Assembly: GCA_964016885.1 (NCBI GenBank)
Contig: OZ024745.1
Span: 1,116,001 to 1,180,000 of the forward strand
Direction: 5' to 3'
Source of the DNA: Eledone cirrhosa
Lineage: Eukaryota
Length of the DNA: 64,000 nt
Shown: one piece after another, positions 39,250-51,418 of the stretch
Position numbering within the stretch: the stretch's first letter is position 1
Layout of the letters: the number at the start of each line of letters is the position of its first letter
Notes under the pieces: generated by a model
What the model was told of the DNA's origin: nothing
The model's database searches: none
The model's input: the letters and a program-made list of their open reading frames with translations, nothing else
Program-made: the position numbers and the translations under genes

Positions 39250-40590
39250 GTAAGTAATGAAGTTGCTTCTGTTTTTATTTTTTACTAAACGTTTATATTG
39301 AAACGCGTAAACAGCACTTTCTCTTCCACATCTCTCCATAATTTACATAATATACATACATTGCAAAACATTCATTGTACGTATAGTTGCTGGCAGCAAT
39401 AGCTGTGTATATAATATTCACAATTGTATAATGAAATCATTAGAAATGAAGTAAAGAAGAAGCCTTAATGTTTCGGAATCGGTACCCGTACACAGCACCC
39501 TGTTACTTAGATCGGGGTATCCTTTCATGAAGGAATGTGTCATCAAACATACATACACATGTTACACCACACATTCATATGATACATACACATATTTTAA
39601 TATACTCCAACTTTATACCCATTTACTATAATCATGTGTAACTCTCAGCATCATTTTGTGCTATATATATATATATATATATATATAGCTGCGATCATCT
39701 TCGGACACACACACACATATATATATATATTGTTGCCTGAATGTGAGGTTGTAATCACCAAAGAAAGAGCCCTCTATATGTAAACATAGAGGTAGATGTA
39801 ATATATAAAATACAATGCAAACTTGCTTCGGGGAAATTCCGAGTACGTAGGAAGGTATACACCAGTTTGTCATGTATTTTATATTGTATATATATATATA
39901 TAATGTTAATTAATCGGGCAATAAATCTTTACTAATGCTGTAAAATCTATTTTAGTTTCGTATAAGGCTTACAAAAAACCTTGTTGATCATCCAGGGGGT
40001 GTGTGTGTGTGTGTGTGGGGGGGGGGGGGTGTTTTTTAAATTTTTTTTTAGCTTTTTTACCTAAAAAATAATTCGAAGGGAACCCCGCGCCCTTTGTTGT
40101 GGCGTGTGATTCAATGTAGGTGTGTCTTGCCCACGTTTTTAGCTTCTCTCTCTTCTTTTTAAATATATAATTGTATTTATTTGTGTTACATCTGTGAATA
40201 AATCTGTTTGTATGTGTGTGCTCGTGAAAACAAAACACAGAGAAACAAATTTACACTTACTATATTGCTATTTCAACACCTCCAGATAAAAATTTGATTT
40301 CATATCAACTTTTAATCGTATACATGACTAACTTTTTATCTTTCGGTGCTTGGTATTTAAATAAACAACATCCACTTCCAAAACATAAAATACAATAAAG
40401 TAGAAAAAGGAAAGTGAATCAAACAAGCTTTTAGTGGAGTAACAGTGGCGATAAAGTGTAATCTTTGTTCAAACGAGTTGTGATCGAGGAAGATAAAATG
40501 TCTTATTTACTTATCAATTATATATCCAATCATTTATAATCGGAATTAACCATAGAATATCTTTAGCTGGTTGTTCCTGTACATCACACG

Positions 40591-40626
<36 letters not shown>

Positions 40627-40669
40627 CAATGATATTAAATAAATGGAAACTATATTTATAAAACCATAT

Positions 40670-40733
40670 TTATTCTATTATATATATTTCAAGGGTACCA
40701 AAAACTTTGGTACGCTTTCATCAGATAAAATAA
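40670..40733 (-). ncRNA. Type I hammerhead ribozyme (solitary)
   Basis: Reverse strand: UUAUUUUAU CUGAUGA AAGCGUACCAAAG-UUUUUGGUACCCUU GAAA UAUAUA UA AUAGAAUAA; palindromic stem III. Confidence 0.75.
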
Positions 40734-40844
40734 TATATTATTGAATATCATTGAATATTTATTCCAGAAAATCTCTTGAGTGCTTTGAATCAGTTATAAA
40801 CATTTATATTTGTTGAATTACCAACAAATTGAATATCCCTTCTG

Positions 40845-40878
<34 letters not shown>

Positions 40879-42872
40879 TATTCATGCACACATCATGCAT
40901 ATTTACAATAGACAACGAAAAGAAATTAGTTCACACAAAATAAAATATATTTAAAAATAAAGAGGGAAGTGGATTCAGAAATAACCATGATTATCTAATT
41001 TATTTGTTTGTACCAGTTTTAACTCCGGGTAGCTTTTCAATCACACCCAGTTATATATATATGACAGGACTGGGGTCCCTATCATTAAATTAACCAAGAC
41101 ACCTCCAACGAGATATATCTTGGAGGAGGCCAGCTGAACCTGCATAGGTGTGAGCTGTCACACACATATATGTCACATACCGTTGTATGTCCATTTTGTT
41201 TTGTAGTGTAATGTTTGTCAGTGTCCATAGAGACAAACAAATGTTATTAGTATCGTTTGTAATCGCTGCACCAATGCAGGGAATGCATGCAAGCCCCCCC
41301 CCCATTTTATATCTAGCGGTTGTAAGAAAGAAATATGTGGCATTGTTGGGACACTAGTGGTCTCATATCTATTTATTTATTGTTTGTCTTTGCCCATATG
41401 TATATTTATGTTGCCTTTATAAAACAGTGGTATAGCAATGGTGTCTTAGCGTCCCAGGGCATACACATTCTTGGTACCCCTATCTTAATTAACAGATGCC
41501 TGATGAAATGTTACACCCAATCGACTGCTCCACGCACCTTGCTGCGTCCCTGCATTAAAAAGAAATACCAGTAATATATTGTTGACCTTATTCTCTCTTA
41601 CACATTTCTGAACTTAATGAAGAAGTCTTTATCATATCTTTTCTCATTTGTTAAATATCTTGTGTATCTTGTAGACTGAAATATTTGCAGTCTCTCGTCA
41701 ACACTTGTCAGTGTTAGTATTGCTTTATTCTCTACTTTCTGCCGATCCTTTATTCAATATATAAGAAAACATATCATCTTCGCTTCTAAGGTTCCTCATA
41801 TAATCGAATAAGCTTTTTCTTCTTCATATGATATTGTCATTCGGAAGCATTATTTACCGATAACATATTTAAATTTTTTTCTAATTTTACAACGAAGTAT
41901 AATGCAACATTTCTCTTCTTGACCATCGGCCGCACATCACAAGGATCAACAGAATATTTTGAGCCAAGACAATACGCTCGTAGCATTGCCACGGGTGATG
42001 GCGAGGCTAAAGCAGAATCAACCAGGCATCCTCACAGGTATCACCTGACACCTCCACCAAAGATGACAAGAACTTCGCTGTTAGCGACCCAACACCACCA
42101 AACATCTCGAACGCCACAGGCTGGGAAAAAAAGTAATTGTTTGATAGTTCCCGGTATTTTTAGATTTGATTCCATTCGGCAACAGATGTAGAGACCCCCC
42201 CCCCCCACATTCATCGCGACATCCATGATGTGGGAGGGAGCAAAAGAGTCACTGACTGCCCAGATATGACACCTATCTCTTATCCAGGGCAAAGGGTAAG
42301 GCCGTCTGGTCTCTTCTCATCACTTCTGGATAATCCAGGCGGCTCCAGAACTGAGGAGATATTTACCCGAGCTAGGGCCTACTTAATGATCAGGTTTAGC
42401 TCGGTGTGGCGGGTGAAGCGACCAATGGCCGAAAGGTCCAACTATCTTCAGGTTGATATATCTCAGTACTTGTAATACCAGTTTTGTTTTAAACATAAAC
42501 TATCCCCACTTCTCTTTTTCTTTCTATTTCTGTTAAAGAAAGGTCAAGTAAGCAAAAGTTAAGGCAGTAAATTCAAACTCGTAATCTAACTTCAGTATTA
42601 GAGGCAATAAACTACTAAATATGTCTACGTGCTGTCATTTTCAGTGGTACATAAACCTGTTTGTGATACGTGAAAGTAACAGATGCCATAAAACTAATAA
42701 AAGATCTGTGTGGCTGTTTTTTTGACGAGATGGTCACACAACGTTCTTGTATATTTTGCATCAATCTGTGGAGTAAGAGGCGGTATTGTAAAATTGGTTT
42801 GGATAATTTGATCCTTATACGATTGAAGTCTATTACTATTAGAACAGGGAAATTGAAGACAACCATTCTTAA

Positions 42873-43331
42873 CCCTTTATGGTACCAAACTGCCTGAAGT
42901 GTCCTTGATTTATGATATAGAACTGTTCATTTTAACCCTTTAGCATTTATATTACTCTATATATACTATTGTATTTTTGCAGTTAAGGCTTTACCTCACA
43001 TAATATCTAATCTATGAGACTTTGATACTATTTCTTTTGAGAACAATACCATAATGTTGGTATAAGCAGCCGGTTTGAGCACAAAGAGGTAAGAGAATTT
43101 TGGCCAGGTACGGCTGGTATAAATGCTAACGGGTTAAACAGTTTCCTCTTATATCAAAACCTTCCATCATATTTTTATTTTAAAAACCATTTAAGTAATG
43201 TTCTAAATATTAGCTCACTAATGTGACAAACTTAGTGATTTTATTAAATTCCTCCAAATTTTTTGGTCATTTTCAAAATTAATTGAAACATACAGGCAGT
43301 ATATTTTATTAGAAATATGGTAAAGAAAGGG
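42873..43331. mobile_element. Nested piggyBac-like MITEs
   Basis: Inner element 42936-43133: TTAA|CCCTTTAGCATTTATA...TATAAATGCTAACGGG|TTAA, lying inside an older element TTAA|CCCTTT..TACCA...TGGTAAAGAAAGGG. Confidence 0.65.
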
Positions 43332-43559
43332 TGAGCAAAGTTTGAGAGTTGTATCTTTTCACATATAAGAACAGTATTCTATATAGAATCATATTTTTGA
43401 TTTCTGGTCATTGCTTGTCACAGATAACTGGATAGGCTGATGTAGTAGATATAGAATATACTACAACAATAGTGTTATGTTTAAATCCTCTTGCAGTCTT
43501 AGAGAAAGTAATAGGAATGTTTTAGTTGCTTCAAGTACAAACTCATCAGTAATTCCTTT

Positions 43560-44900
43560 CATCATCATTATCATCACTTTACGTCCGCCTCTCCCTGCTT
43601 GCAAGGGTGGGACGGGTCTTATTTAGCACAGCATCTCTCCACTTGTCTCGGTCCTTCGCCATCTCCACCGTGAGCTTCAGCGATCTGAGGTCTGTTCTCA
43701 CCACCTCCGCCCATGTTTTTCGTGGTCTACCTCTACCACGTCTTCCTTCAACTGGCATTTCCTGGTATTTCTTCACCCATCGGTCATCCTCCATGCGCAT
43801 CACATATCCATACCACCTCAGTCTCCTCTCTCGCACACTACATTCTATCCCTCTCAGACACAGTTTCTCTCTCAACACATTCATGCTGGGTCGTTCACGC
43901 ACATTGACATTGCACATCCAACGGAGCATGCTTGCCTCATTTCTCTCCAGCCGTCGCATATCCTCTGCAGTTGCTGCCCATGTCTCACTACCATGCAGCA
44001 TCGCGCTCCTCACACAGGCATCATATAACCGGCCTTTCGTATGCAGGGAAAAACCCTTCTTCGTCAGCAAAGGAAGCAGCTCCCTAAACTTCTTCCAACC
44101 CGTCCTTATTCTAGGTACTATGGCCTTGGAACACCCTCTCCCATGCTAGTCTGATCTCCTAGGTACCGGAAGCTATCCACCACTTCTATAGCACCCGCCT
44201 GCATTTGAAAAATGTGTCTATCAATGCGACTTCTACTGTCTAATTTCCCTGTACATCTACTGAATACATATTTCTCCCTACCCGCTATCCCGCTACATCT
44301 CTTGTGTACCCAGGATCTGCATTGTGTGCATTTTATAGAATTTATGCCAGTTCCTTTTCTGCATATCGAACATGGCCATTTCCCTGACGGAACCTCTTTG
44401 ATTTCTTCTTTGACTCTATAACTGTCAACTTCAATAGCTGATCCTTCTGTTTGGTAAGTTGAGGATAGTTTCTCTTCCTCCCATTCATTCTCTATATTCA
44501 TCAGTCTCTCATAGTAACATTTCCAAGCCTCTTTCTTTTGGGTTAAGTGTACCAGTATCATTTCTAACACATTTTTCCCCAACATCTCAATTTACACTAA
44601 CACATTGCCTTGCAATGCGAAACTCTTCACGTCTCTGGTCCTCATGTCTCAAGACATTGGCAAACTTTTTTCAACCTCTCTTCAAGCTGTGTAAACCTAT
44701 CATCTAGCTTCTCTTTTAGCAATCTAGTTCCAGTCTCTGCTGCCCCCATTTTTCCAGTTTTTCCATGCCTGTCTAATGGCTTTATCCACTGTGCTGTTCC
44801 ACTACCATAACCGCCATCAACTCCCCTGAAGGAACCCATCCTGGTACTGCCCTAAATATCCATTGAAGTCACCTACCAGGATGATTATTAAAGTATATTT
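43560..44900 (-). mobile_element. RTE LINE subfamily C, internally deleted (no RT core)
   Basis: APE piece (GDFNG...GGYGSG), linker (KKEAWKCYYERLMNIENEW) joined directly to PSGKWPC, then the C-terminus with a very short tail. Confidence 0.85.
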
Positions 44901-45519
44901 TGGGATTATAACTGTGATATGGTTTTACTTTACATGCCAGCATGGAAAACTGACATAAAAGAATTATGGTGATGGTGATGAAAAGAAGTTTCATTTATAT
45001 TTCATTGGTTTTAAGCATTGAAAGGATGATATGGCTGAAGTAGTCATTGATAAGAGACAGGAGGTACTTATGTAAGCAGTGGTGAAATATTGTTATTAAT
45101 GTAAAATAATTAAATGTTATGTCATCTGTATATATGACCATGGGATTAGTGGTAGTTGACTGGTTCAATAATAATGAAGAAACACCAGAGTTGATGGTGT
45201 TCCTGATAAACTCACACAAATATAGCGTGACCTGTAAATTCTTGTTTGCCAAAATTCTTGTTTGGAAAAACTACTTGAACAAAAAAACATCCCATAAATG
45301 AAATGAATTATGTGTATTTTACTGTCTAATTTTTGTACCCTATGGCATTCAAAATGGTAATAATTAAGGCATTTATTTATGTCATGAATCTATTAAGTAT
45401 GGGAAAACTCTCAGTATTTGTAAACTTGTTTTCTTTGTTAATACTAGTATGGCAGACTTGCTCCTTTTGAAAATATTGTGGCAGAACTCTCAAACCATGC
45501 ACATGTGGAATAGCAGATG

Positions 45520-46132
45520 TATGAGGATAGGCTGAAAAGTTCATAGGCTGTGACTATGAAGGAGTGATGCTAGTGCTGTGAAATCTTGCATGCATTAATT
45601 GCAAATATCAATGACTGCATTGTTCCTTTCCAGGTAAACTGATATCTGACTGTTCAAAGAAGACTTCAAAAGTAATTAGTAGCAACTTCTCTTGAAAATG
45701 GACAAAATTTGGCATTGTAGTGTTACCAAGTACCTGCAGAAAAAGGGTTTAGCCCTCAAGGATATTCATGCAGACATGGTTGTTACATTAGGGGATGATG
45801 CTCCAGCTTTATCAACAGTGCAAAAGTAGGTAGTTAAATTTAGGAGAGGAAGAGAGAGTCTTATAGATAACCTAATGTTTGTACGTCCTGCAACTGCCAC
45901 CACTGAGAAAAATATTGATCCTGCTCACCACATGGCGATGGATGACAGGTGATTGACTACAAATCAAATAGCCAATGTTATTAGTATATCCCATGAGAGA
46001 GTTGAGAATATTTTTCACAATGAACTTGGCATGATGAAGGTTTCTGCTCAGTGGATACCACGTCTTCTGACACCTGATCAAAAACACACCAGGCTGATCA
46101 CATCACGGGAAAATCAGACATTGTTTGAGGCT
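45520..46132 (+). mobile_element. Mariner-family transposon 5' half (pseudogene)
   Basis: TIR-like TATGAGGATAGGCTGAAAAGTTC. From ATG 45698: MDKIWH...KDIHADMVVTLGDDAPALSTVQK*..FRRGRESL...KVSAQWIPRLLTPDQK (WVPHEL-like), with stops. Confidence 0.85.
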
Positions 46133-46400
46133 TGTTCCCATGGGGGATCAGGTCTTCTGTATTACTGCCAGAGGTCACAGTCCTGCATCATCGCCTTTGA
46201 GAGGTGCAATTGGGTAAGGTCGGCTTTTATCACTTCATCCCAGGTCTTCTTTGGTCTCCCCACTCCACGGCTTCCATCGACTTCTAGTGTTCTGCACCTT
46301 TTTATGCAGCTGTCATCCTTCATACGCATCACATGTCCATACCAACGTAAACTCCTCTCCTGCACACAGCACTTGATTCCTCTTATACTCAGTCTCTCTA
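46133..46400 (-). mobile_element. RTE LINE subfamily B fragment
   Basis: ORF 46162..46365 LRWYGHVMRM...GRPKKTW; lacks the 3' UTR. Confidence 0.85.
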
Positions 46401-46424
46401 TTCATATACATACATATATATATA

Positions 46425-47745
46425 TCCAAATGACTGTCTTATACTCGGGGATTTTAATGCCCCGACTATAGACTGGAACTCAAATGTGTGCATGTCCAAC
46501 AATAACTTTGACCAACTATTGCTCGATACGACGGAAGAATGTTTCATCTGCCAGCATGTTACAAAACCGACAAGGGCTCGAAGTGGTCAACGACCGTCGT
46601 TACTAGAGCTTATCTTCTCCTGTTATCCTAGATCCGTATCGTCTCTGCATGTTCTGTTTCCACTTGGGAAAAGCGATCACACAGTACTGAGCTTTAGCAT
46701 GCATACTTTGCTTGCACCGCCTCTCGTTTAAAATCAGTCGAGAAGAATATTTGCTGCTATGAATCATGATCTTATCAAAATGACCTCCGACGAGATAAAT
46801 TGGCGCAGCATAACTGAAAATCAGTCTGTTGAAACTTTGTGGCGAGAAATAAAGAAAATTCTATTTGGGCTAACAGAAATGGCAGTGCCGCTGAGAACAC
46901 CAAAACGCAAGAAACACAAACCCTGGATAACAAAGACAATTATCAGCGAACGGAAGTTAAGAAATGCTGCTTGGGGGGCACTATCAAGAGACCATGTCTG
47001 TGGCGGCATTTGAAGTCTACAGAAAGCAGCGAAATCATATTGAGCATATTTCCAGAATTGGAAGGCAAAATTATGAAAGGGAACTTGCAAATGATGCCGG
47101 TTGTAATCCAAAGCGCTTTTATACTCACGTGCAGAGAAATGAAAAACTGAATAACCAAATTGTCACTTTCCGAAACCCCGAAGGTGCAGTTATTGAACAC
47201 GCTGACCAACAAGCTTCTCTTTTTGCCGCTGTTTTCGCAAATATCTTCAAAGAGGACGATGGCAGAGAACCTCCAAATCTAAACATGCTCGCCCCACCAA
47301 TGCAGCCAACCACCATCAGAGGTGAAAAAGTTGCTTTTGTCCTTAAATGTGAATAAGGGGCATGGTCCAGACGGTCTACATCCAGTGATTTAGGGTGCAG
47401 TTGCACCCAACCTTGCTAAACCTCTAGCACACTATTCAACCTGTCATTGGCTACCGGAGTTGTTCCTGCCGACTGGAAAGTAGCTACAATTTGCCCTATC
47501 TTTAAAAAAGGCGACAAAGAAGACCCGGGGAACTACAGACCCATGAGCCTCACCTCAATTGTCTGTAAGGCCTTGGAATCTCTAATCAAGCGGGAAATTA
47601 TGGCTCATCTTGCGTCTTTCACTGCCATCTCTCCATCTCAACATGGTTTCATCCGAAACGTTCCTGTCTTACAAACCTACTCGTGATGGAGGAATGGGTG
47701 CCGAGGATAATGGACGATGGGGATGCGGCCGATATTATCTTAATT
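46425..47745 (+). mobile_element. CR1-clade LINE ORF2 fragment (APE to RT start), degraded
   Basis: GDFNAPTIDW, QHVTKPTR, PLGKSDH, NPKRFYTHV, PADWKVATICPIFKKGDKEDPGNYRPMSLTS, QHGF. Confidence 0.88.
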
Positions 47746-47749
47746 CCTT

Positions 47750-49139
47750 TCCTACATATCGGACATGGCCATTTCCCTGATGGAATCGGAGTATTGTCCT
47801 CTCTTCTACTTATCAACACTTTTGTCTTAGCTATGTTCACTCTCAGTCCTCTTGATTCCAACTGCTGTTTCCATAGCCAGAATTTATTCTCTAGCTCCTC
47901 TATTGATTCTGCTATAAGAACCAGATTGTCAGCATAGAGAAGTTCCCATGGACAGCCAGTCTTAAACTCCTATGTTATGGCTTGGAGGACTATAATGAAC
48001 AAGAACGGGCTGAGGACCGAACTCTGATGTACTCCTACTTGTATCTGGAATTCCCCACTAAACTCCATACCTACTCTCACTTTACTGACAGCACCCCTGT
48101 ACATAGCTTGCACTGTCCTCATAAGCCATTCCTCTACACCTAGTTTCCTTAGGACCACCAGATGACAGATCAGGGTACCCTATCAAAGGCCTTCTCTAGG
48201 TCAACAAAAGCTAAGTATAGTGGCTTATTCTTCTCTAAGAACTTCTCTTGTAGTTGCCTCACTAAGAAGAGGGCATCTGTTGTACTTTTCCGAGGCACAA
48301 AACTAAACTGAATCTCATCTAATTTGACCCTTTCTCTAATCAGTTGCGCTAATATTCTCTCTGCCACTTTCATAACTTGATCCATCAGCTTTATGCCCCT
48401 ATAATTGCTCCTCTCTAGAGCATCCCCTTTACCTTTGTAGCAATTTATGAGAATATTGCTGCACCAGTCTTTGGGTGTGACACCACCATATATAGCCTGA
48501 TTGATGATGTGTGCAACCAGTTTAATGCCTACTTCACCTGATGCCTTCAGCATCTCAGCAACTATCCCCGACAGTCCAGCAGCCTTACCATTCTTCATTT
48601 CTTTAATTACCTCTTGGACCCTATATTCGTCAATCTCAATAGGTGGTCCCTCTGTCGGAACTACTGGGGGTAATTTCTCTCTCTCCCATTCGTTCTCCAC
48701 ATTCATCAGTCTCTCATAATGACATTTCCAGGCCTCCTTTTTCTGATCATTCGTGACACTAAGTACACCGGCATCATTCCGGACACATTTATCTCCAACA
48801 ACATCCTGATTTGCACTGACACACTGCCTTGCAATGTGGAACACCGCACGTCTCTGATCTTCCCGTCGCAGAACATTGGCAAACCTGCTCTCTGCCTCCC
48901 TGCGTGCTAAGTACACCTGATGTCTAGCTTCTCTCCTAGCGGCTGTGTATCCTTCTCTACACTCACCCTTTTTCCAAGCCTTCCATGCCAGTCTTTTGTC
49001 ATTAATGGCCTTATCTACCATGCTGTTCCACCACCAGGTCACTCTCTGTCTGGTTGAAGCTCTGCCCAACCACAAGTTTCTTCAGTAGCCTGCATAAGTT
49101 GTCACGTAAGAAATTCCAGTTATCATCTATGTCATACAA

Positions 49140-49140
<1 letters not shown>
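47750..49140 (-). mobile_element. RTE LINE internal ORF2 fragment (subfamily C-like)
   Basis: TWWWN, GKAAG, NYRGIKL, AFVDLEKAFDRVP, GVHQ, LYAD; ends abruptly at CRKGI. Confidence 0.9.
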
Positions 49141-49176
<36 letters not shown>

Positions 49177-51418
49177 CGCGAGGACCAAAAACGTGAGGTG
49201 TTCAGGATTGCTAGGCAATGTGTCAAGGAAAACCGTGATATTGTCGGGGAAAAGTGTGTACTTAAGGATGATGGTGTACTTGCCATCACTGATGCTGATA
49301 AGAAAGTAGCTTAGAAGTGTCACTACGAAAGGCTACTAAATGAGGAGAATAAATGGGAGAAAGACAGTCTCCCCCCACATTGATCCAATAGAGGGACCAG
49401 CAGTGTTAGTCGAAGGTAGTATAATAAGTAAGGCAATCAAAGATATGAAGATGGGTAAGGCGGCTGGGCCTTCGGAAATAGTTGCTGAAATGCTGAAAGC
49501 TTCTGGAACGGTGGGACACACCATGGTCACCCGGATAGTAAACCAAGTCATACAGAATGGGGTTCCGAAGGACTGGCGTAGCAGCATCATCATTAACTGC
49601 TACAAGGGTAAAGGAGATGCCCTAGATAGGAGTAACTATAGAGGCATTAAATTAATCGATCAGGTCATGAAGGTCACAAAAAAAGTAATAGCGCAACTAA
49701 TCAGAGAGAGAATTGACCTAGATGAAATGCAGTTCGGGTTTGTGTCAGGCAAAAGTACCACAGACGCTCTTTTCATTGTACGACAACTACAGGAGAAGTA
49801 CCTAGCTAAAAGTAAACCCCTATACTTAGCTTTTGTTGACTTGGAGAAAGCTTTCGACAGAGTCCCCCGTTTCATTATCTGGTGGACTCTTAGAAAACTA
49901 GGTGTTGATGAATGGCTTGTGAGAGCTATACAAGCCATGTATAAAGAAACAGTCAGCAAGGTTAGAATTAACGAATATAGTGAAGAGTTTAGCGTAAAAG
50001 TTGGTGTTCATCAGGGCTCTGTTCTTAGCCCCCTACTATTTATTATTGCCCTTCAGGCTATAACAGTGGAGTTCAAGACCGGCTGCCCGTGGGAACTCCT
50101 ATACGCAGATGATCTAACGCTCATAGCTGAATCAATGGCCGAACTAGAGAAGAAATTCCAAACATGGAAGCACGGCCTAGAATCAAAAGGCCTTAAAATT
50201 AACCTGTCTAAGACTAAAGTTCTAGTTTGTAGGAAGGAAAATAGGGCGCCGGTCCCATCCGGGAAATGGCCATGCTCAGTGTGTAGGAAAGGAGTAAGTA
50301 GAAACTCCATTTTATGTCCCAAATGCAAAGTATGGGTGCATAAAAGATGTAGTGGGATCACAGGTAAGCTAACTAAGAACATAGATTTTATATGTGGCTG
50401 GTGCTCTGGTGCAATAAGTAGCAGCAAGTGCCCACAGAATACTAGCTCATTCCATTGCACAGATGGTTTTATAGAAATAGTGGACAGCTTCCGTTACCTG
50501 GGTGACAAAATCAGCAGTGGGGGAGGGTGCTCTGAAAGTACAGTAGCTAGAGTCAGAACTGGATGGAAAAAGTTCAGAGAGCTTATACCACTATAAGCCG
50601 CTAAAGGGTTCTCCCTAAAAATGAAAGGCAGGCTGTATGATGCCTGCATACGAACAGCAATGTTGCATGGCAGTGAGACCTGGGCATTGTGTGCAGAGGT
50701 TATACGCAGACTGGAGAGGAACGAAGCTTGCATGCTCCGCTGGATGTGTAATAGTAATATACGTGAACGGCAAAGCATAAACGAACTAAGGGAAAAATTA
50801 GAAATAAGAGGGATCAGATGTTGTTTACTCGAGAGAAGGCTACGTTGGTATGGTCACGTGATGCGCATGAAAGACGACAGCTGTATAAAAAAGTGCAGGG
50901 CTATAAAAATAGACGGTAGCCACGGAGTAGGCAGACCCAGAAAAACCTGGGACGACTTGATAAATTCCGACCTCACACACTTACACCTCTCCAAGACAAT
51001 GTCACTGGACCGAGAGCTTTGGCGCTACACCGTAATAGAGAAGACCCGCCTTACCTAAGTACAAAGTGAAACCTACTACAGTCAGTAGGCACCTCTAACA
51101 AAATACAGCCCCGTCCCACTACCCCCACCCCATCCACATCACCCCTTTCAATGTAAAGTTATGTTGGTACCACAACATCCAGCCCGAAACAAATGAGGTC
51201 GTGTAGGTGTCACGACAAAAAACACAGTCCACGCTGTAATGTGGCCGTGTAGGTAACACGGTAAAAACCTCCCAGTTCCACACTGTAAATGTGGTTGGTG
51301 TTAGGAAGGGCATCCAGCCATAGAATACCCGCCAGACAACCACTCTTGCCTCAAGTGGGAAAACTCCCGTCCAAACCCATGCAAGCGTGGAATATGGACG
51401 TTAAACGTTGATGATGAT
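49177..51418 (+). mobile_element. RTE LINE subfamily A, longest copy (2.2 kb), disabled
   Basis: Full RT (ORF 49340..50596), finger and C-terminus (50621..51058); stops at 49314 and 50596; 3' UTR and (GAT)n tail. Confidence 0.93.

Noticed and set aside
39462-39535. Minus-strand hairpin ending in CCGAAACAUUAAGG, resembling a hammerhead
   Set aside because: The core reads UUCAUGA rather than CUGAnGA, and stem I is only 2-3 bp.
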